A DNA stretch of 64,000 nt from an uncultured Planctomycetales bacterium (lineage in GTDB: Bacteria > Omnitrophota > Gorgyraeia > Zapsychrales > JANLHA01). Position 1 is the stretch's first letter; each line of letters starts with the position of its first letter. Location of the stretch: the NCBI GenBank assembly GCA_964474085.1, contig CAYYRJ010000003.1, positions 21,348 to 85,347 of the forward strand. The letters run 5' to 3'. The notes under the pieces were generated by a model. The model was not told where the DNA came from. It did not search any database and saw nothing but the letters and a program-made list of their open reading frames with translations. The translations under genes and the position numbers were made by a program. Of the stretch, positions 53,694 through 64,000 are shown piece after piece.

Positions 53694-56600
53694 CTATTGG
53701 CAAGCCTCGCAATCTTCTTTGGGTTCAACGCTCAACGAAGGCGTTGCGGCTTTGAGTGTTTGGGTTGCTTCTACCGCGGGGGTATTTGCAACAGGGATTT
53801 CACCGATTTTTCCTTGTTCATCGCGCTGCCGTTTTCCGACGATGTTTCCGCTGTATTTAGCGTTAGTGATATCAAGCGTGCTTTTTTCAATTCGCGTTGC
53901 GCCCATGGACCGCAGATAATAGGTTGTTTTTAATCCCTTTTCCCAAGCAAACATATACATATCGCTGACCTTTTGTCCATTAGGTTTGGCTTGATAGAGA
54001 TTAAGTGATTGACCCATGTCGATCCATTTTTGCCGGCGGCTGGCGGCTTCAATGACCCATTCATATTCGACTTCAAAAGCGGTTGCATATTTTTGTTTTA
54101 ATTCGACCGGGATGCGTTCAATCTCTTGAATGCTGCCGTCAAAGTATTTAAGGTCGTCGATCATTTCTTTGTCCCAAAGTTTGAGTTTTTTAAGATCGTT
54201 GACTAAAAACTCGTTAACGACCGTAAACTCGCCGGAGAGATTGCTTTTAACAAAGATGTTTTTGTAGAGCGGTTCAACCGAGGATGTTACGCCAATGATA
54301 TTGGCAATCGTTGCCGTCGGCGCAATGGCCATGGTATTGCTGTTTCGCATGCCAAATTTTTTGACAGACTCGCGAAGGGTTTTCCAATCCATGCGGCTCG
54401 TGCGGTCCACTTTTAAGAAACCACCACGTTCTTTTTCTAAAAGATCGAGTGTGTCTAACGGCAACAAACCGCGATCCCACTTAGAACCTTTATACGTAGA
54501 ATATTGTCCACGTTCTTTTGCTAACTCCATGGAACCGAGAATGGCATAGTAAGAAATCGCTTCCATACTATAATCGCTAAACTCAACAGCCGCTGTGGAA
54601 GCGTAGCTTAAGTTTTGTATCCAAAGCGCATCTTGAAAACCCATAATCCCCATCCCGATTGGACGATGGCGCTGATTGGCGGCTTTTGCCTCGACGGTTG
54701 GATAATAATTAATGTCAATCACATTGTCGAGCATGCGAACAGCGGTTGCAATGGTCTCTTTGAGCTTAGGTAAATCTAACCCTTGCGCTGTGGTGTGTGC
54801 CGCAAGATTAATCGATCCTAAGTTGCAGACGGCCGTTTCTTCTTTAGAAGTATTCAAAAGAATTTCTGTGCAAAGGTTTGAGCTGTGCACAACACCGACG
54901 TGATCCTGCGGAGAACGGATATTTGACGGATCTTTCCATGTCATCCAGGGATGGCCGGTTTCAAAAAGCATGTTAAGCATTTTGCGCCATAGCGCGATCG
55001 CGGGCATTTCTTTATAAAGTTTTAACTGGCCGCTTCGCCCTAACCGTTCATATTCCTGATAACGTTTTTCGAATGCACTGCCGCAAAGATGATGCAAATC
55101 CGGCGTTTCACTTGGGCTAAACAAAGACCAATTGGCATTGGCTTTGACTCGTTTCATAAAAAGATCTGGAATCCAGTTGGCGGTATGCATATCGTGCGTC
55201 CGACGACGATCATCGCCGGTGTTTTTGCGCAATTCGAGAAATTCTTCGATATCATGGTGCCAAACTTCTAGATAGGCGCACATAGCCCCTTGTCGTTTTC
55301 CACCCTGATTGACGGCAATCGCTGTATCGTTGGCAACTTTTAAGAAAGGAATAACCCCCTGACTTTTGCCATTGGTCCCTTTAATGCGGGCGCCCATGGA
55401 ACGGACATTTGTCCAGTCATTGCCCAGTCCCCCGCTCCATTTGGAAAGCATCGCATCGTCCTGAATGCATTTAAAGATATGGTGAAGATCATCCTCTACG
55501 GTCGTCAAAAAGCAGGATGATAATTGCGCATGCAAAGTCCCGGAGTTAAACAAAGTCGGCGTTGAAGAAACAAACCGGAAAGAAGAAAGGATGTTATAAA
55601 ATTCAATGGCGCGTTCATTTTTTTGGCTGCCTTCTAATTGAGCCAGTCCCATGGCAACACGCATCCAAAAGATTTGCGGTAATTCTAAACGTTGTCCGTC
55701 GCTGTGAATAAAGTAACGGTCATAAAGCGTTTGCAATCCCATATAGCGAAACAGAAAATCCCGCTTAGGTTGAATGGCATTTCCCAAAACGGTCAGGTCA
55801 AATTCTAAAAGCGCAGGACTTAACAGCTCCAGCTCAACGGCTTTTTGAATAAATTTCTTAAAATAAACCGGATATTCGGTCTTGATTTTTTCGAAGCTCA
55901 AATCTTTTTCTAAAGTTTCGCGGTAAATTTTAAGCAGCAGAAGCCGTGCTGCCGCATAGGCATAATTCGGTTCGACTTCCAAAAAAGACTTTGCCGCCAT
56001 AATATTGGCGATTGTCATTTTTTCGTCGGTGATCCCGTTATAATAATTTTTGACAGCTTCAAAAAGGATTTTGTTTGTCGAAACGTTTTCCAATCCCTGG
56101 CAGCAGGTATCGATGGTAAAATGGCATTCATCGATATTAAAGGGGCGTTCTTTACCGTCGGCGCTTTTGACATTGATTTTTTTGACCCATTCGAAAGTTA
56201 CGCCCAAGTCGCCTAATTTATCCTGTCGGGCTTTAGCGCGTTCTTCACGATAGAGAATATAGCGTTTGGCCACGTCGTGAAGGTTAAATTTCATCAGTGA
56301 TTTTTCAACCAAGTCTTGGATTTCTTCAATATGCAAGGCTTTGCCGTTGGGCCATTGGCGGTGAATTTCACTGAGGACTTCGGCGGCAATTTCACGGGAT
56401 TGTTTTAAAAGCGCACCGGTCAAATGGGTATTGTGATGCGCCGCCAAAGCTTTTGAAACTGCGGCAGCGATTTTTTCGGGTTTAAAGGAAACGCTGCGGC
56501 CGTCGCGCTTGATCGTCGAGTAAATATCTAAACTGGCGCGTTTGGCAGCGCGTTCTTTGCGGTAATTGGTGTAGATTTCGGCGACTTCTTTGTAGCCGTT

Positions 56601-56876
56601 TTCGTAAAGCTGGCGAATCGCATCATCCTGAATTTCTTCAACGTTGACCGATTCCTGGGTATTAAATTTTTCGTGCAAAACCGAAAAAACGCTTGCGCTC
56701 ACCTTTTCGACATCTTCTAAAACAAGCTCAGGAAGCTGGGCTTCGCGTGGAAGATGATGATACTGCTTAAATGCGTTGGCGATGGCATTCGTAATCCGGT
56801 CCGGATTGAAAGCAACGAGTTGGCCGGTACGTTTTTGAACTTTTCGGTCTAAGTTGATGAGTTTGTCTTTGGACAT
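53694..56876 (-). CDS. nrdA: ribonucleoside-diphosphate reductase class I alpha subunit with three N-terminal ATP-cone domains
   Basis: 1060 aa. Three ATP-cone-like blocks (VQKRTGQLVAFNPDRITNAIANAF; IKRDGRSVSFKPEKIAAAVSKAL; VKSADGKERPFNIDECHFTIDTC). Catalytic core with NLCTEI, and a C-terminal CEAC tail. Confidence 0.85.
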   Translation of the reverse strand: MSKDKLINLDRKVQKRTGQLVAFNPDRITNAIANAFKQYHHLPREAQLPELVLEDVEKVSASVFSVLHEKFNTQESVNVEEIQDDAIRQLYENGYKEVAEIYTNYRKERAAKRASLDIYSTIKRDGRSVSFKPEKIAAAVSKALAAHHNTHLTGALLKQSREIAAEVLSEIHRQWPNGKALHIEEIQDLVEKSLMKFNLHDVAKRYILYREERAKARQDKLGDLGVTFEWVKKINVKSADGKERPFNIDECHFTIDTCCQGLENVSTNKILFEAVKNYYNGITDEKMTIANIMAAKSFLEVEPNYAYAAARLLLLKIYRETLEKDLSFEKIKTEYPVYFKKFIQKAVELELLSPALLEFDLTVLGNAIQPKRDFLFRYMGLQTLYDRYFIHSDGQRLELPQIFWMRVAMGLAQLEGSQKNERAIEFYNILSSFRFVSSTPTLFNSGTLHAQLSSCFLTTVEDDLHHIFKCIQDDAMLSKWSGGLGNDWTNVRSMGARIKGTNGKSQGVIPFLKVANDTAIAVNQGGKRQGAMCAYLEVWHHDIEEFLELRKNTGDDRRRTHDMHTANWIPDLFMKRVKANANWSLFSPSETPDLHHLCGSAFEKRYQEYERLGRSGQLKLYKEMPAIALWRKMLNMLFETGHPWMTWKDPSNIRSPQDHVGVVHSSNLCTEILLNTSKEETAVCNLGSINLAAHTTAQGLDLPKLKETIATAVRMLDNVIDINYYPTVEAKAANQRHRPIGMGIMGFQDALWIQNLSYASTAAVEFSDYSMEAISYYAILGSMELAKERGQYSTYKGSKWDRGLLPLDTLDLLEKERGGFLKVDRTSRMDWKTLRESVKKFGMRNSNTMAIAPTATIANIIGVTSSVEPLYKNIFVKSNLSGEFTVVNEFLVNDLKKLKLWDKEMIDDLKYFDGSIQEIERIPVELKQKYATAFEVEYEWVIEAASRRQKWIDMGQSLNLYQAKPNGQKVSDMYMFAWEKGLKTTYYLRSMGATRIEKSTLDITNAKYSGNIVGKRQRDEQGKIGEIPVANTPAVEATQTLKAATPSLSVEPKEDCEACQ

Positions 56877-57027
56877 TTTGCGCGTCCTCCTTAATTAAAG
56901 CTACAGAGCGATGATTATAAAATATTTTACCGTTTTAGAGACAAAGAATCCTTATAGATTTAAAGCAAAAACATTAGTTTTAGGGTTGATCGAGACCAGA
57001 TGTGTTGCAAACGTTTTCATGAGGAGA

Positions 57028-57080
57028 ACAGCACTATATATGGAAATATTATCAATGACAACCGCTAGATATAGTATATT
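57028..57080. promoter_or_regulatory. two NrdR-box-like palindromes upstream of nrdA
   Basis: acaGCACTATATATgg (57028-57043) resembles the NrdR box consensus acaCTATATATAGtgt; second weaker AT-palindrome ctagatatagtatatt (57065-57080). Confidence 0.3.
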
Positions 57081-57135
57081 AAGCAAGCGCTTTGTCAACG
57101 TAATTTTTAAAAAATACGTCTAAATTTTTGATCAA

Positions 57136-57756
57136 TCACTTTACGGCGATGTAATTTTTGTTAACGGCATCCCAGTCGATGATGTTCCAGAATGCGGCAA
57201 TGTAATCCGGCCGGCGATTTTGATAATTAAGATAATAGGCATGTTCCCAGACATCGAGTCCAAAAACCGGTTTGCCTTTTAATTCAGAAACATCCATAAG
57301 CGGATTATCCTGATTTGGTGTTGAGCCGATGACAAGTTTGCCGCCGCTGACAACTAACCACGCCCAGCCGCTGCCAAAACGGGTCGTTGCGGCTTGGCCG
57401 AATTTTTCTTTAAAGGCGTCAAAGCTCCCAAAGTCACGGTCAATGGCTAAAGCTAATTCGCCGGTCGGTTTTCCGCCGCCTTTGGCGCTTAAAATTTTCC
57501 AAAACATCGCATGGTTCCAATGCCCGCCGCCATTATTGCGGACTGCACTGCGAATCGCCTCGGGAATGTCAGCGATTTTGCTAATCAACTGTTCGACCGT
57601 TTTGCTTTCAAGCTCGCTCTTGCCTTCTAAAGCTTTGTTGAGATTATTGACATATGCCGCGTGGTGTTTGCCGTGATGAATTTCCATTGTTTTGGCGTCT
57701 ATGTGCGGTTCGAGCGCATTGGTTGCATACGCTAAAGCGGGTAATGAAAAAGACAT
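57136..57756 (-). CDS. Fe/Mn superoxide dismutase
   Basis: [36 protein letters not shown] and DVWEHAYYL metal-ligand blocks; 206 aa. Confidence 0.9.
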   Translation of the reverse strand: MSFSLPALAYATNALEPHIDAKTMEIHHGKHHAAYVNNLNKALEGKSELESKTVEQLISKIADIPEAIRSAVRNNGGGHWNHAMFWKILSAKGGGKPTGELALAIDRDFGSFDAFKEKFGQAATTRFGSGWAWLVVSGGKLVIGSTPNQDNPLMDVSELKGKPVFGLDVWEHAYYLNYQNRRPDYIAAFWNIIDWDAVNKNYIAVK

Positions 57757-57781
57757 GGGGGACTCCTTAAGTTAGAAAAAA

Positions 57782-58300
57782 TTAAATATTTTTTAAAGCA
57801 TTTAATGCAGCGTTGTAGTCCGGTTCTTGGGCTACTTCGCTCACAATTTGCTTGTATTGTACTTTTCCACTTTGGTCAATCACAAAAATGGCGCGAGCCA
57901 AAAGACGCAAATTTTTAATTAAAACGCCATAGGCTTCCCCAAAAGCGGCAAAACGATAATCCGAAAGCGTTTGGACTTTGTCGCTGGCAGTAGCCCCGCA
58001 CCAGCGCTTTTGCGCAAAAGGTAAATCCATGCTGATCGTCAAAATCTTGACGCTTTCGCCTAACTTTGCGGCTTCGGCATTAAAACGTTTGGTTTGTAAA
58101 TCGCAAATCGGTGTGTCTAAGGATGGGACGACGGAAATAATCAGTTTTTTACCGAAGAATGAGGAAATTTTTACTTCGGAAAGGTCGTTAGCAACTACGG
58201 TTGCATCCGGTGCTTTTTGTCCGACACTAATATCAGGGCCCAGCAATGTCAGCGGATTGCCTTTCATCGTGATGACATTATTGCGTTCAAGAACGTTCAT
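57782..58300 (-). CDS. tpx: thiol peroxidase (atypical 2-Cys peroxiredoxin)
   Basis: GQKAPDATVVANDLSEV...VVPSLDTPICDLQTKRFN with Tpx peroxidatic Cys context; 172 aa. Confidence 0.85.
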   Translation of the reverse strand: MNVLERNNVITMKGNPLTLLGPDISVGQKAPDATVVANDLSEVKISSFFGKKLIISVVPSLDTPICDLQTKRFNAEAAKLGESVKILTISMDLPFAQKRWCGATASDKVQTLSDYRFAAFGEAYGVLIKNLRLLARAIFVIDQSGKVQYKQIVSEVAQEPDYNAALNALKNI

Positions 58301-58487
58301 TTTTCACTCCTTTTTCGGTTCAAGCCGAAATCTAAAATTGATGTTTAGAGTGCTTCTTTTTTAAGAAGCTTACGTATATTACAATTTTTGAAAGTTTTGT
58401 CAACACAAGAAATCAGATGATTTATAGCGACGAGAAAATATGAATTAAAAACGAAAAAAAGCATCGATTGTGCTATAATCCGTCAAT

Positions 58488-58886
58488 ATGTTTATTTACC
58501 AAACAACAATTAAACTTCACGAAACCGATGCCGCCGGGCGTTTGTTTTTTAGTGAGCAGTTTAAAATCGTTCATGACGCTTATCAAGAACTGTTAGACAG
58601 CCTCGGTCTTGGGTTGCCTGTTGTGCTTAAGAAAAAAAATTATTTCCTCCCCATTGTCCACGCACAAAGCGATTACAAAAAGCCGCTTTTTGTCGGGGAT
58701 CATTTAAAAGTTGAACTGCAGGTCAAACATTTGGGAAAGACTTCGCTTTCTTTATCCTATCGACTTTTTAATCAAAAAAATGTTTTAGTCGGCAGTGCTC
58801 AAACTGTCCATGTGGCGGTTGCGAAAAAAACAGGCAAAAAAATTTCTTTGCCCGCAGAAATACGCAAAGCTTTAGCGAAGGTTTAA
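58488..58886 (+). CDS. hotdog-fold acyl-CoA thioesterase (4HBT/YbgC-like); candidate DHNA-CoA thioesterase by context
   Basis: 132 aa; IKLHETDAAGRLFFSEQFKIVHDAY 4HBT-type N-terminus; divergent from men genes. Confidence 0.5.
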   Translation: MFIYQTTIKLHETDAAGRLFFSEQFKIVHDAYQELLDSLGLGLPVVLKKKNYFLPIVHAQSDYKKPLFVGDHLKVELQVKHLGKTSLSLSYRLFNQKNVLVGSAQTVHVAVAKKTGKKISLPAEIRKALAKV

Positions 58887-60221
58887 GGCAGATTTCAAGG
58901 CTTGTCGATTGGGTTTGATGCCTTTCTGACAATATTCGTCAGGAAAATCGTAAAACGAATCAGGGATTTTAAAGGCGGGTAAGGTTTTAGTCAGGTGATC
59001 TTTCAGTTGCCGAAGCGAACCATTGATTTTGACAAAAGCGACAGGCCGATACCCAAACAGAGCATTTTTAACCGGCACAACCACAGCTTGTTCAACAACT
59101 CCCGAACCCAACAAAGCTTTTTCAATTTCTTCAGGATAAATATTCTCTCCGCCGGAAATAAACATATTGTCCTTGCGCCCAAGAACTTGTAACCCTTGCG
59201 TTCGATCGATTCGCCCTAAGTCGCCGGTATGAAAACAGCCGTTGGCATCAAGGGGTCGGACAATTTTTCCGTTTTTTAAATACCCTTTAAATAATGTCGC
59301 GCCACCGACGAGAATTTCGCCATCGGAGGCGGTTTTTAATTGCCGGTATTTTAATGTTCGGATTTTTCCGTTGATGGATTGACTGGTTGCTACCTGCGAT
59401 GCCATTTCGGTCAATCCATAGGTTAAAAAAACAGGCAGTTTTAATCGGTGTGCGGATTCGATCAGTTCCTGCGCAATCGGACCTCCACCCAGGAGAATGG
59501 CTTTGAGTTTTTGAAGTGTCTTGATGTGCGCAGTATTATTTAAAGCGCGGATCAACTGGGTTGGCACCATCGAAACATGCGTCACGTTAAATTTCTTTAT
59601 CGACTCAATAATATTCTCCGTCGGATCATGGATAACAATTGAGGCGCCGGCTAAGGCGCATCGCCAGAGAATACTTAAACCGCTGACGTGATAAAGCGCT
59701 AAAGACAAAAGCCAGCGGTCGGTCGTTGCGACCGGGATATTTTGATTTGAGCCCAAGGCGCTGAAATAATGATTCCCGATGGTGTGGACGACCGCTTTGG
59801 GGTCCCCGCAACTGCCGGATGTGAGCATAATTGTCGCGGGAGAATTAAGCTGAAATATCATTTGTGCCTTATTATTTTTGAACTTCCCCAGCCCCCTCTT
59901 TAACAAAAGAGGGGGTAAAGATTTTAATTCTATAATTTGTTTTTTTATCTGCGCTTGCGGAGTGCGTGGACTTAAAAGGCAGGCGACAGCGCCAATGCGC
60001 CAAAGCGCAAAAAGGCAAACAATATCGTCTAGCGAGTTGTTAGTTTGCAAGGCGATTTTTGTTGTGCGACGAATGCCGCGCTTGTGATAATCGAGTTGTT
60101 TTTTTTCAATCTGTTCGTGGAGCTGGCGATATGTGAGCGTTGTCTGATTATTTATAATAGCCAGAGATTGTGGACGACGTGAATTTAAAATTTCGATGGG
60201 ACAACGGATTGTCGTGATCAT
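58872..60221 (-). CDS. menE: o-succinylbenzoate--CoA ligase (AMP-binding enzyme)
   Basis: LTSGSCGDPKAVV AMP-binding motif, YGLTE, GDLGRID; internal start (MITTIR...) chosen so the gene abuts menC; context with menC/menA/menB. Confidence 0.7.
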   Translation of the reverse strand: MITTIRCPIEILNSRRPQSLAIINNQTTLTYRQLHEQIEKKQLDYHKRGIRRTTKIALQTNNSLDDIVCLFALWRIGAVACLLSPRTPQAQIKKQIIELKSLPPLLLKRGLGKFKNNKAQMIFQLNSPATIMLTSGSCGDPKAVVHTIGNHYFSALGSNQNIPVATTDRWLLSLALYHVSGLSILWRCALAGASIVIHDPTENIIESIKKFNVTHVSMVPTQLIRALNNTAHIKTLQKLKAILLGGGPIAQELIESAHRLKLPVFLTYGLTEMASQVATSQSINGKIRTLKYRQLKTASDGEILVGGATLFKGYLKNGKIVRPLDANGCFHTGDLGRIDRTQGLQVLGRKDNMFISGGENIYPEEIEKALLGSGVVEQAVVVPVKNALFGYRPVAFVKINGSLRQLKDHLTKTLPAFKIPDSFYDFPDEYCQKGIKPNRQALKSALNLR

Positions 60222-61321
60222 TTTACTTCTTGGAGCTGTTGTCCATTTAAATGCAGATTTTGTAACTGACATTCTTCGATCAACAAACGTCCTTTGGGCA
60301 GAGCCAAAGGTGGTGAAACAGTATCTGTTTTTAGCCATTTCCCAGTATCTAGCCCGACGGCGGTGTGTTTGGAAAAACAGGCTGCCATGTGGGCCAAAGC
60401 ACGCAAGCCGATTCCTGATTCAAAGGTCGACGAAATAACGCTGCGAAGTCCATAGCTGTGCGCTTCTTCTGTCATGCGCGTGATTTTTTCAAATCCGCCG
60501 AGGATTGTCGGTTTTAAAATAACGACCTCAACCCCATCTAAAGATTTGATTTCCCGCAAGCTGTGTTCTTTAAGCGATTCATCGATGGCCACCGGGATCA
60601 AAGTTTCTTCATAAAATTCAGCGACCCGGGAAAAATCTTTCAGAGGCTCTTCAATATATTCGATGGCGGCAAAATCAATGGCTCTGCAAAATTCAAAAGC
60701 GCTTTTGATATCCCATGCTTTATTTGCATCCAATCGCACGATGGCTCGCCCGTTGATCAGTTTGGTCAGCGCATTACAGGTTGCAATATCGTCGGCGAGG
60801 CTGGCGCTTCCGACTTTTAACTTTAAAGTCGTAAATCCAAGGTCAAGCAAATTTTCGGCTTCTTTAAGGATTGCTTCGCGCGTTCCCTGCAACAGGCCGT
60901 TAACAGCCAGTGTGGTTTGGGGATTTTCGGTCAGAAGATCCGTTAAAGATTTTTTAAGATGCGCAGCTTTAAGCGATAAAACAGCTGTTTCAATTCCAAA
61001 ATGCACCGATGGAGCAAGAGGCATATTTTCAAGCCAAGACGAAAAGTTTTTCCCCTTTTGGCCGATATTTTGCGCAATCACCTGCCCGTTTATGCGCTGG
61101 CGTAAAGTTTTCAATTGATCAACAACGACATTTGGCATTTCAAGGCTTGCCCCCGGCAGCGGCGATGTCTCGCCAAATCCGCTGTTGCCAGCTTCGTCGG
61201 AAAGTTGAATAATAAAGCCTTCGCGTTGTTTTAAAGTTTTGCCAAAAACGGCAAGTTCGCGCGATAAAGGCAGTTGATAGTGAAAAATTTTAAAATCGCA
61301 AATCTGCATAAAGCCATCCAA
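60218..61321 (-). CDS. menC: o-succinylbenzoate synthase (enolase superfamily)
   Basis: LKLKVG...VRLDANKAWD...IEYIEEP metal-ligand pattern of the MR/OSBS subgroup; 367 aa; between menA and menE. Confidence 0.7.
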   Translation of the reverse strand: MDGFMQICDFKIFHYQLPLSRELAVFGKTLKQREGFIIQLSDEAGNSGFGETSPLPGASLEMPNVVVDQLKTLRQRINGQVIAQNIGQKGKNFSSWLENMPLAPSVHFGIETAVLSLKAAHLKKSLTDLLTENPQTTLAVNGLLQGTREAILKEAENLLDLGFTTLKLKVGSASLADDIATCNALTKLINGRAIVRLDANKAWDIKSAFEFCRAIDFAAIEYIEEPLKDFSRVAEFYEETLIPVAIDESLKEHSLREIKSLDGVEVVILKPTILGGFEKITRMTEEAHSYGLRSVISSTFESGIGLRALAHMAACFSKHTAVGLDTGKWLKTDTVSPPLALPKGRLLIEECQLQNLHLNGQQLQEVK

Positions 61322-62189
61322 ATGAAAAGATTAAACCATAGAGAAGTAAAAGCATTCCTGTATCTGCCAACACGCGATTTAAAGCCGGTCCGTCAGTCGT
61401 TGTAAACACCGTGCGTATTGAAGGAGTGGCAAACAAAACAATGGCAGCGCTTAAAAATATCGGTATTCTTTCCTGAATGAGCGCATAAATGATCATCGGC
61501 ATAAGTGAAGCGACAGCAATCAACACAAAATATTGATTTTGTGCAAACCCCCGGCCAAAACGCACAGCCAGAGTTTTTTTGTTTGCTTTTGCGTCGGTTT
61601 GGATATCCCGCAAATTATTGACGACCAAAATTGCCGCGGACAAAAGCCCCGGCGCAATGCCACAGAGAATGATCGCAGGATTCATTTCTTTGGCTTGAAT
61701 ATAATAGGTTCCTGCAACGGCAACCGGTCCAAAAAAAATAAACGCAAAAATTTCTCCCAATCCGTTGTAGCCCAGCGGCCGTGGTCCGGCCGTGTACAGC
61801 AGTCCTGACAGGACGGCTGCAACTCCGATGGCTAAGAGTGGCCAGCCGCCGCGCAAAGCCAGTTGAAATGCAATGGCAAGGGCGACACCAAAAAAAAGTT
61901 TATACGCTAACTTCACTTTTTGCGGGGCAATCAATCCTGCTTGTGTCACACGGATTGGCCCTAAGCGTTCTTTCGTGTCGGTTCCTTTTTTAAAATCATA
62001 ATAATCGTTGGCCAAGTTTGTCCCGATTTGAATGACCAGAGCCCCTATAAAGCAAAGGATAGCGCTTGGGAAATGAAATCCTCCGTCGCCAATGGCCAGC
62101 GCTGTTCCAATAATAACAGGGGCCACCGCCGCGGGTAACGTTTTGGGGCGGCAGGCTAAGAGCCAATTTTTATAAGAATTACTGGACAT
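61290..62189 (-). CDS. menA: 1,4-dihydroxy-2-naphthoate polyprenyltransferase (UbiA family)
   Basis: NLANDYYDFKKGTD Asp-rich motif, multi-TM, 299 aa, start WLLACRPKTLP typical of MenA. Confidence 0.8.
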   Translation of the reverse strand: MSSNSYKNWLLACRPKTLPAAVAPVIIGTALAIGDGGFHFPSAILCFIGALVIQIGTNLANDYYDFKKGTDTKERLGPIRVTQAGLIAPQKVKLAYKLFFGVALAIAFQLALRGGWPLLAIGVAAVLSGLLYTAGPRPLGYNGLGEIFAFIFFGPVAVAGTYYIQAKEMNPAIILCGIAPGLLSAAILVVNNLRDIQTDAKANKKTLAVRFGRGFAQNQYFVLIAVASLMPMIIYALIQERIPIFLSAAIVLFATPSIRTVFTTTDGPALNRVLADTGMLLLLYGLIFSFGWLYADLRF

Positions 62190-62192
62190 TTC

Positions 62193-63017
62193 TTATGGTC
62201 TTTTGGGAAATTTTGAAAAGTCGGGCTTGCGCTTTTCCAAAAACGCATTGCGGCCTTCCTGGCCTTCTTCGCTCATATAAAAAAGCATCGTCGCGTTCCC
62301 AGCCAATTCCTGCAAGCCGGCCTGACCGTCGCAATCGGCGTTGAGACTCGCTTTTAGACAGCGAATGGCCATCGGTGAGTTGGCTAAAATTTCGCGGCAC
62401 CATTTAACAGTCTCGGTTTCCAATTTTTTATACGGTACGACGGTGTTGACCAGTCCCATCGTGAGGGCTTGTTGGGCGCTGTATTGGCGGCAAAGAAACC
62501 AGATTTCACGCGCTTTCTTTTGACCGACGATGCGGGCCATGTAGCTTGCGCCATAGCCGCCGTCGAAAGATCCGACCTTTGGTCCCGTTTGGCCAAAGAC
62601 CGCATTGTCTGCGGCAATAGTCAAGTCGCAGATCATTTGCAAAATTTGTCCGCCGCCTATTGCGTAACCGGCGACCATGGCGATGACAGGTTTGGGGCAC
62701 GTGCGAATTTGCCGCTGCAGGTCAAGGACGTTGAGCCGATGCACACCTTTCGTATCTTTATACCCGGCATCCCCGCGGATTTTTTGGTCGCCGCCCGAAC
62801 AAAACGCGTCTTTTCCCTCTCCAGTCAAAATGATAACACCGATTTTTTCATCGTCGCGTGCTTCGTTTAAAGCGGTAGAAATTTCGATGATCGTCAGAGG
62901 CCGAAACGCATTGCGCACCTGCGGGCGATTGATCGTGATTTTTGCGATTCCATCGAATTTATGATATTTGATGTCGGTAAATTTATCTGATTCTTGCCAT
63001 TTGAAAGCTGTGACCAT
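62193..63017 (-). CDS. menB: 1,4-dihydroxy-2-naphthoyl-CoA synthase (crotonase fold)
   Basis: [17 protein letters not shown]...[18 protein letters not shown]...GGGQ; internal start MVTAFKWQ gives about 274 aa. Confidence 0.85.
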   Translation of the reverse strand: MVTAFKWQESDKFTDIKYHKFDGIAKITINRPQVRNAFRPLTIIEISTALNEARDDEKIGVIILTGEGKDAFCSGGDQKIRGDAGYKDTKGVHRLNVLDLQRQIRTCPKPVIAMVAGYAIGGGQILQMICDLTIAADNAVFGQTGPKVGSFDGGYGASYMARIVGQKKAREIWFLCRQYSAQQALTMGLVNTVVPYKKLETETVKWCREILANSPMAIRCLKASLNADCDGQAGLQELAGNATMLFYMSEEGQEGRNAFLEKRKPDFSKFPKRP

Positions 63018-63084
63018 AAACAATCCTTTTGTAAAATTGTTTCTCAATATATCAACAATTACCAAGATTGCCAAGGCTGTTTTT

Positions 63085-64000
63085 TTAGATTTCCTGCCAA
63101 TAGATGGTATTGACAATAAACGGGGTAAACGGAATCGTGCGGTTAAGACTTAAGTCCGGGTTAAAACTATAGTCGCGTTTCTTGTAGACATTCAGGTCAA
63201 CTGCGGTTGATCCGATGACGCCTTTGGCGGAAATAGACCCTTTAAATTTCAATTCTCCCTTAGAGTACTTAGGTCCTTGCGCGATAAATTGCCCTTCGGT
63301 CAAAACAAAAGCTTCGATCTTAAGATCCTTTGGGGCTGAGCTTGGAATACGAACATTGCCTTTGGCAAATAACCCAATTTGCGGTGCGGGTGACGTATCT
63401 TTAGCCACAATATTACCATCAATATAAAGATTGCCTGCGGCAACAATTAAAATGGAATTATCAAATTCTCCACTGATGTGAATGTCTTTTTCTGAATAAA
63501 TTATTTGTGGTAAAAATACTCGACCCGGCTCTGGATTCAAGGTTTCTAAATTGCCTAAATCAATATGCAAATCTTCAGTACTATATTTCCCTTCATTGCG
63601 ATCTTCAAGATTTATTGCAAGTGTCTCATAGCGAGACTGATCAACGCCGGCAAACGTGATAGCGGTTGCGCTCTCGGTTTTTCCATCGGGCCCGTAAACG
63701 ACAGCAGGGTTTTTCTCTCCTGTTATCGTGCCCATATAAAGAACTTTGTTGTTAATGTGGATTTGATTTTCCGGCGGCGGTAGAGATGCATTGACATCAA
63801 AAAAAACATTTTTTGCTAACGTCAAATCATTAAGTTGTGAACCGCTATTGATGTGTAAATCTTCCATCGTTGAAATGAGGAATTTGGCAGGGCTTTCGAC
63901 AATGACACGGGCCTTGATCTTGCGTGTTATAATTTTACCCGAGTCTTTGCCGGAAGCGGTAATCCATTGTGTTTTCCAGTTATCGTAATCTGGAGCATCT
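63085..64000 (-). CDS. hypothetical protein, 5' end may extend past window end
   Basis: Open frame from 63085 to beyond 63867; repetitive beta-rich sequence ([29 protein letters not shown]) suggestive of beta-helix/bactofilin-like fold; no family assigned. Confidence 0.3.
   Translation of the reverse strand, partial: DAPDYDNWKTQWITASGKDSGKIITRKIKARVIVESPAKFLISTMEDLHINSGSQLNDLTLAKNVFFDVNASLPPPENQIHINNKVLYMGTITGEKNPAVVYGPDGKTESATAITFAGVDQSRYETLAINLEDRNEGKYSTEDLHIDLGNLETLNPEPGRVFLPQIIYSEKDIHISGEFDNSILIVAAGNLYIDGNIVAKDTSPAPQIGLFAKGNVRIPSSAPKDLKIEAFVLTEGQFIAQGPKYSKGELKFKGSISAKGVIGSTAVDLNVYKKRDYSFNPDLSLNRTIPFTPFIVNTIYWQEI

Noticed and set aside
1-64000. Prophage, IS element or transposase-bounded mobile element
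   Set aside because: No integrase, transposase, terminal inverted repeats with target-site duplications, or phage structural genes were recognisable anywhere in the window.

Overview
This 64 kb window is a low-GC (about 41%) bacterial chromosomal segment, probably from an uncultivated lineage. It is gene-dense with frequent 4-nt start/stop overlaps; almost all core genes have recognisable homologues and each could be assigned a family from conserved motifs. No rRNA, tRNA, CRISPR array, transposase or integrase was recognised.

In window order:
1. 1-8.3 kb (all minus strand): pterin-4a-carbinolamine dehydratase (partial), Nfu/NifU-like Fe-S scaffold, LhgO-like FAD oxidoreductase diverging from a CDGSH Fe-S protein (plus strand), then a minus-strand metW-metX-nadA-miaB operon and a secreted clan GH-A glycosidase.
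2. 8.35-15.3 kb: an accessory island of small minus-strand genes. It holds a zeta-toxin-like kinase with a coupled ~50 aa ORF, a DUF4160/DUF2442 pair, two ParE/RelE-antitoxin copies (one frameshifted), a RhuM/Fic/DOC protein, and a nucleotidyltransferase-fold protein with a coupled 57 aa ORF. Two families of conserved palindromic intergenic repeats (called U and D here) punctuate the modules, and a ParE 3' remnant survives at 15.1 kb.
3. 15.4-17.0 kb: a secreted GH-like protein ending in a discoidin-like domain.
4. 17.6-38.9 kb: one co-directional minus-strand supercluster of about 21 kb. It contains three TPR / GT-C-like (TMTC-type) membrane proteins, a 1320 aa secreted beta-helix protein, an S1 protease-TPR fusion, a 29-aa tandem-repeat protein with an EF-hand, a lipoprotein, a SET-domain protein, rmlB, rmlA, a GT1 glycosyltransferase, a TcdA-like E1 (ThiF) fused to a tandem nitroreductase-fold domain, a small Ser/Thr-rich membrane protein, a type IV prepilin and a secreted Grx-like protein.
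5. 39-48.5 kb: dus, an Lpd-family flavoprotein, putative gshA, gshB, grx, bolA, grx4, apbC/mrp, ilvB and ilvN.
6. 48.7-52.1 kb: a second, split copy of the E1-like + nitroreductase-like pair, in an operon with an O-methyltransferase and a 136 aa unknown protein.
7. 52.3-64 kb: nrdB, nrdA (three ATP-cones, NrdR-box-like sites upstream), sod, tpx, a hotdog thioesterase and menE-menC-menA-menB.

The most novel-looking feature is the E1(TcdA-like) + double-nitroreductase core. It occurs twice, once fused and once split, next to different tailoring enzymes, and no YcaO is present in the window.
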